Below, in pieces: positions 9,901-14,485 of a stretch of DNA of 14,485 nucleotides. The number at the start of each line of letters is the position of its first letter. The first letter of the stretch is position 1. The notes beneath the pieces are model-generated. The model was not told the DNA's origin, made no database searches, and was given only the letters and a program-made list of their open reading frames with translations. This DNA comes from a bacterium. Its GTDB lineage: Bacteria; SAR324; NAC60-12. The DNA lies in NCBI GenBank assembly GCA_965233585.1, contig CBDDTI010000456.1:1-14485 (forward strand). The letters are read 5' to 3'. The translations under genes and the position numbers were made by a program.

Positions 9901-12284
9901 CTGAAAGTATTTAAAAAGAGTGTTTTTCTTTTCATCAGCCTCCTGGGAATGGTGATATAACAGTCAAAAAAGGAAGTGATCCTCGTGTAGATAGCTATTC
10001 TGCATTTTGGGACAATGGTGACAGCACACAGACCTCGTTATTTGTTGATCTTCTAAAACTTGGAGTAACAGATGTCTTCATATGTGGCTTAGCCTTTGAT
10101 GTGTGTGTCAAATATTCAGCAATCGATGCTGTTGAACAAGGTTTTAAAACTCATGTTATAGCAGATGGGTGCAGAGGGGTGACAAGTGAAGGAATTGCCC
10201 AAACAAAGGAAGAATTTCTCAAGAAAGGAGTCATCATAATTCAGTCAAATGAGGTATGTCCAGATGTTGATAAAAACTCGAGAAGCAAGCATAAAATAAT
10301 ATATATTTACACTTTTTAAGCAAAACATGGATGGGAGACCATTTTGTTTTCTCTCTTGAAACAGAAAATTTGCCTCAACAGATGAAGGAAGCTACATGAC
10401 TTGTAAATGCTTTTTTTTTGTATTTATTTAATTTTTTTTTATTGAATTACAAACATATACACAAATAGAAAACATGCATACAACCAAGGGAAATAAAAGA
10501 TTAAAAACATGCATAAACATAACTCTAACACACTCTAGAAAAGGCTACTTAGAAACAAAATCCTAATACAAAATCACAATTATTATAATACATGTTTATA
10601 CAGTTGCTTATACTTCTCAGTTAGCTACCACACTGATCAACCTCTTCCATTTCTTTAAATGATAAGTTAATTTGTCTCTTTTCCTGGCAATATGGAGCTC
10701 TATAGAGTATACTCGCTTTGTTTTAGCAATGAAATCTTGTGAGGAAGAGTAAATACATGTATAGTGTTTACCTAATAAAAGAATGTGGTTGATCATTATT
10801 ATTATCATTCATTATTATTATTAATATTATTATTAATTATTAATGAATGCAGACATTGATATACAAAATTTAGAGGCAGCCATTTCATAAACATTTTACC
10901 GATTATACATACATATATGAAGTCTAGTTTATAATTTTGTCCCGCCTAAGTTATTTTTGACACTCGCTGAAATGCCATCTCAAACTCCATACAGGACGCT
11001 TGTTTTTGAGATAATTTGATATTTATTTCATTTTTACTGTTTGTTTATTATGTCAATCCAACATGCTTTTATATTTATATATTTTTTAAATTCCAGTTAG
11101 CAATTAGCTTTAAATTAGGGATGACAAATACATGGCAAAAACATTCATTCAAATAACAGTCATTAGGCTCGTTTTTTAACTATTTTAAATCGATAATTGC
11201 AAATGTAAATTAAATGCCTATCCTCGTATTGTAGAGTCATCCTGGATGTCAAACTTCCCAAAAATCAAATCAGCTTTAAAGTTCTCCAACATTAATGTCA
11301 TTGTCCCAAAGCCAGGACAATACACGTTTCCAAAATTCACAAGATTCTTTAACAGGAAAAGAGAAGGTGCTCAATGGATTTGTTACCATGGGTACCAAAA
11401 ACATTCATTCAAATAACAGTCATTAGGCTCGTTTTTTAACTATTTTAAATTGGTAATTGCAAATGTAAATTAAATGCCAATCCTCATATTGTAGAGTCAT
11501 CCTGGATATCAAACTTCCCAAAAATCAAATCAGCTTTAAAGTTCTCCAACACTGATGTCATTGTCCCAAAGCCAGGACAATACATGTTTCCAAAATTCAC
11601 AAGATTCCTTAACAGGAAAAGAGAAGGTGCTCGATGGGTTTGTTACCTTGGGTACCAGAGGTTTTTCTTGCGTTGTTTGGCCTAAGACATGAGTGGCGAA
11701 AAACTATGAGGACAAGCTTTGTTGTCTTCGGCCAAAGAAGACACAAGCATTTGTCCTCTTTTTGGCAGAAAGTACATAGTGGTGATTGTGTAATACCAAA
11801 ACAACAGAGTTTTTCATTTGTGAAAACAATACAGTTTGATGCTAAAGCTACAAGTTTATCTTCATCATAAGGTTATTGTTGAAACACCGTGCACCATTTT
11901 CACACATTTTGCTCCTCCCCACACCCCAGAGCAATGTTGACAAAACACCTTGAATGGACATACAGTATGAATGCATTTTGCAATGAAAGGAGGAAAGGTG
12001 GTTTTGACATATTTTTACAAGTTGCTGAAATCAAAATCCAAAACATTTCTGTGTATTTCAACTAAATGTGAAAAGGCTTGTAGCTTTAGGGTTAAACCTT
12101 GAAAAGTCAGCCTTCAAAGTTTGCTACTTAAACACCAGTAAACTTTAGTTGTTGCCCGTCATTTAGTGAGGTCTTAATTATCCCCCCCCCCACTTTGTCA
12201 CCATGGCACTCTACAAGACTGACAGACAGTTTTTTTTCCCAATGGCAGGTAGAAGAAGCATTACGGGACAAGAAACAAGAATGA
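3812..12284 (+). CDS. PNC1: Nicotinamidase (isochorismatase family, PNC1/Naam-like), 6 coding exons, 341 aa
   Basis: Six GT-AG exons with compatible phases total 1026 nt. Motifs: [59 protein letters not shown]. Confidence 0.92.
4059..4186 (+). CDS. PNC1: Nicotinamidase exon 2 ([18 protein letters not shown]...TDRL)
   Basis: Acceptor CGCAG|, donor TTG|GTCAGT, phase 1 to 0, open frame. Confidence 0.7.
4502..4555 (+). CDS. PNC1: Nicotinamidase exon 3 ([18 protein letters not shown])
   Basis: Pyrimidine-rich acceptor TTTGTCTTGACAG|, donor CCT|GTACGT, 54 nt, phase 0-0. Supplies the W-x-x-W helix I recall just before the catalytic domain in insect Naam. Confidence 0.75.
4739..5329. mobile_element. 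TTAA-flanked non-autonomous DNA transposon (Kolobok-like)
   Basis: TTAA|GGTCATTCC ... GGAATGACC|TTAA, with RR..YY termini. Confidence 0.65.
4805..4925. mobile_element. Small degenerate MITE nested in the 4739-5329 element
   Basis: IR ATTGCAGAATACCC(4805-18)/GGGTATTCTGCAAT(4912-25). True ends probably lie about 10-15 bp further out. Confidence 0.6.
5334..6242. mobile_element. TTAA-flanked non-autonomous DNA transposon (Kolobok-like) with nested inserts
   Basis: 31-bp imperfect TIRs at 5334-5364 and 6212-6242. TTAA at 5330-33 and 6243-46. Confidence 0.75.
5375..5688. mobile_element. MITE with TAA TSD (PIF/Harbinger-like)
   Basis: TAA|TGCACCTGTCAATGTCAAGCCGGTGG ... CCACCGGCTTGACATTGATAGGTGCA|TAA, with G-rich and C-rich subterminal tracts. 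Confidence 0.85.
6931..7682. mobile_element. Degenerate MITE with repeated TAAAATGCAGACT terminal units
   Basis: 6931-6970 matches the reverse complement of 7644-7682. Ends are approximate. Confidence 0.65.
6996..7405. mobile_element. MITE with 8-bp TSD (hAT-like), nested in the 6931-7682 element
   Basis: Termini CCCGGG(G)n..TAC / GTA..(C)nCCCGGG. Flanks GTAGATGT(6988-95) and GCAGATGT(7406-13). Confidence 0.85.
7871..8242 (+). CDS. PNC1: Nicotinamidase exon 4 ([17 protein letters not shown]...GAELHKEVK)
   Basis: Acceptor TTTTATTTCACAG|, donor AAG|GTTAGA. Contains the catalytic Asp and the D-x-H/H metal ligands. Confidence 0.95.
8270..9121. mobile_element. TA-flanked non-autonomous DNA transposon with a coding-like internal remnant
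   Basis: TA|CCTTATTCGTACTAATTTTCGC ... GCGAAAATTAGTACGAATAAGG|TA, with many subterminal CGCGAAA(A)TT units at both ends. Confidence 0.88.
9609..9890. mobile_element. Degenerate TTAA-type (Kolobok-like) MITE
   Basis: TTAA|GGTGGCTC ... GAGCCAC, with the right TSD decayed. A similar end, CAGCCACC|TTAA, occurs at 13370-81. Confidence 0.5.
9939..10253 (+). CDS. PNC1: Nicotinamidase exon 5 ([12 protein letters not shown]...IIQSNE)
   Basis: Acceptor TTTTCTTTTCATCAG|, donor GAG|GTATGT. Contains the catalytic Lys (KG) and Cys (GLAFDVC). Confidence 0.95.
10411..10796 (-). mobile_element. L1/Tx1-type LINE 3' remnant (ORF2 C-terminus, 3' UTR, A-rich tail)
   Basis: ORF 10617..10808(-): [21 protein letters not shown] is the typical Tx1/L1 ORF2 C-terminus. 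AATAAA and A-rich tail on the - strand at 10443-10411. Confidence 0.8.
10794..10843. repeat. Imperfect (ATT)n microsatellite
   Basis: CATTATTATTATCATTCATTATTATTATTAATATTATTATTAATTATTAA. Confidence 0.8.
11136..11655. repeat. 260-bp tandem duplication (2 copies)
   Basis: 11136-11395 vs 11396-11655: no indels, about 12 substitutions by eye (~95% identity). Confidence 0.95.
11236..11378 (-). pseudogene. L1/Tx1 ORF2 zinc-knuckle-region remnant (second copy at 11496-11638)
   Basis: With two frameshifts reads [47 protein letters not shown], the segment that normally precedes INHILLLGK. Confidence 0.75.
12249..12284 (+). CDS. PNC1: Nicotinamidase probable last coding exon ([11 protein letters not shown])
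   Basis: T-tract followed by GGCAG| acceptor, phase 0, short helix-like peptide then TGA. ATTAAA about 70 nt downstream. Confidence 0.7.
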   Translation, partial: VEEALRDKKQE

Positions 12285-12354
12285 GAATAAGGAAAAGGTA
12301 TAGGGAGACAAGCAGGAGACTCTGATCTGTGTGTTTGTTTGTTGACTTTAAATC

Positions 12355-12360
12355 ATTAAA
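12355..12360 (+). terminator. Candidate polyadenylation signal ATTAAA
   Basis: 70 nt after the predicted stop and followed by T/GT-rich sequence. Confidence 0.4.
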
Positions 12361-12389
12361 TGTTGTATTTTTATACAACAATATCTAAT

Positions 12390-12763
12390 AATTATTCATA
12401 TTGAATGAGGTTGAGCAGAACATCGTGATTTGTAAGTCGCAAGCAGATCTATCAATTATTTCCATGAGCCAAAGCCTGAGGCAAATAATTGATCTGCAAC
12501 ACACTGACTAATAACAATATTTTGCAATTCAATGGAATTTATCACTCAATCGCCAAGTTTGATTTCACATTAAAATCACTCTCTGGCAGTGCATAGAAGC
12601 AATCTGTGGTTAAACATTACTCAGACACGCAGAATGTTTGCAGCTAAAAACATTTACATGATACTGTGCATGAGCAGACTGTTACTTGTAGGGAGTTCTT
12701 TGCAGGTAACCTGATGGGCTCTTGGCCAATGAAAAGAAAGAAAAAATGCAGCGAATGATAACT
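12390..12763. mobile_element. Degenerate hairpin-plus-tail element, same architecture as 3187-3565
   Basis: Hairpin core ATCAATTATTT(12451-61)/AAATAATTGAT(12483-93). GCCAATGAAA near the tail end (12725-34), as at 3517-26. Ends are approximate. Confidence 0.55.
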
Positions 12764-14485
12764 ATTATTGGCCCATTTGTAAAATTTTTGCATTACTTGA
12801 GTTACACATGGTGCTACAACTGCAGCTGGTATGCATATCAAAAGCTTGTCTTCATCAGTTTTGTTGATCAATACAGCTGTAAAATTGATGGAAGGAAAGG
12901 CAGTCATGAAGTTGATTACATAAACCAGGGCATCTAATTTTTGCCTTTGGCTGACTGGAAATACGCATATTTCTCCAGAACCACTTGTTAGAATTTCACA
13001 AAATTCAGCACAAAAATACTTTTAAATTAGGAAATAAGTAAAAGGACTACTGAAATTATTTTTAGATATTCCAGTGAACCTTCAACAAGGCATAATTAGT
13101 GATCTCTCTGTTAAATTATTATTAATAAAAATAGTGTTAACTTGTGAGTATCATTACATGCTTGTTGCTTACAAATTGTAAAGAAAATCTAACTACCAGA
13201 TTTATATTTATTAATGTTGCCATGGCAATGGGACATACGTCACCTAAACTATCACAAACCCGAATCAAAAAACCTAAGTTTTTGTTATATTGCATGCTGC
13301 GATTTTTGGTGACCAAAGGATCAAGTGTTTAAGAGAAAGAGGTCAGGCACAGGCATCAAAAGCTGTGTTCAGCCACCTTAAAATATGTACCATGATGGTA
13401 AATGATTTTGAACTCTGTTTGTCTTTATTTATTAATTTAAAAATTACAATGTATTTAATTGTACAGTGATTTTTGTCACAATCAGTTAGAAGTCATGACC
13501 TCCCATTGTCTCCATAGTTCCACTACTCATACATCCTCCCTCCTGGCCCATTCTACCATTGTGGGATTCAAACCACTATGCTATGCCAATTATGTCATAG
13601 AATTTGCTGAATTTTTTGTGGTACTGCAGTGTTTGCTGAATACGTTTTTATAGTATTATGGGGTTGACATTACCCTAACGTCCCCTTCATCTAGGTTTGT
13701 GGGGTTTATTTTTGCTTTTTATTTTAAAAGATACCCTGGGATACAAAGATTCTCTTCCCCTTCTACTTAGTGAGAGCCAAGAGGGAACCTTATCCTATCG
13801 TGCATGCATAAACTACATTGGCATCTACTTGTGAAACGTTTACTTTGCGCTAATTTTGAGTTGTAACGTTCTACAAGGTAGTATGCAACCAAAAAAGCAG
13901 CAGAATCCAAGAAAATTTAACTGTATTCAAGACTATGCTATCTAGCACATGCTAGCTGCAGATAAATGAATAGTGTTGAACTGTGCAAATAGCAAAAGAT
14001 CAAACATTGCCAGTTATTTGTCAGACAAAAGTTTAGAATTTTGAAATTAACTGACAAACTCTTGTCAATGCAGTGTTACAATTTTTATTTTTTGACCAGT
14101 CATAGGGCTCTGGATATTGCTGCCAGTAGTCTCATAAATTGACAGTGTTTCAAATTGTCATGTCATGGATAACTCGAAAAGAGTAGGGCATGTACATGTA
14201 GTTCCTGGTGTTGTGGTCTTGCCTTGTTTCTTGGGTTGGTACTTTACATAGGGTTAACCTTCAATGTTGCACCTTTCTCCCTTGGACAGAATTGACCAAG
14301 AAAAATAACTATGACTAACTTTTAAACTGGTTAAAATGTGTCGAAAACCAGTATTATTCTGTCTCTGATTGTGGACCATGGTTCAAAGGATCAAGCAGAG
14401 GTTCCCTCTCATCTCTCACCAAGCCAGAAGACAAGGGAATCTTGCAGGGTATAAATTGAGAGTCTTGAAGACTTAAGAAAATGAA

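Noticed and set aside
7871..10253. Bacterial pncA contamination or recent horizontal transfer
   Set aside because: Spliceosomal introns filled with eukaryotic transposons and an animal-type N-terminal extension.
12644..13653. Short ORFs downstream of the gene
   Set aside because: Mostly non-ATG starts, overlap with decayed repeats, and no motifs or coherent exon chain.

Overview
AT-rich, repeat-dense animal genomic DNA. A stony coral or other cnidarian is my inference from the look of the repeats and is not proven. The one host gene is a six-exon nicotinamidase (PNC1/Naam-like) on the + strand: join(3812..3932,4059..4186,4502..4555,7871..8242,9939..10253,12249..12284), 341 aa, with intact catalytic and metal-binding residues. 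The window starts inside a Penelope-like retroelement (probably Neptune type) with an internal inversion. An open RT fragment on the - strand (504->1) is fused to a GIY-YIG endonuclease/3' end on the + strand (504-935), followed by a minimal type I hammerhead ribozyme (1051-1088). Three long palindromes lie between the retroelement and the gene. One is a perfect 203-bp inverted repeat whose transposon-like CAC termini sit on the inside. The introns are filled with nested non-autonomous DNA transposons, plus a fragmented and partly duplicated L1/Tx1 remnant. I found no clearly new biological system. The most notable items are the ribozyme-bearing inverted retroelement and the inside-out palindrome.
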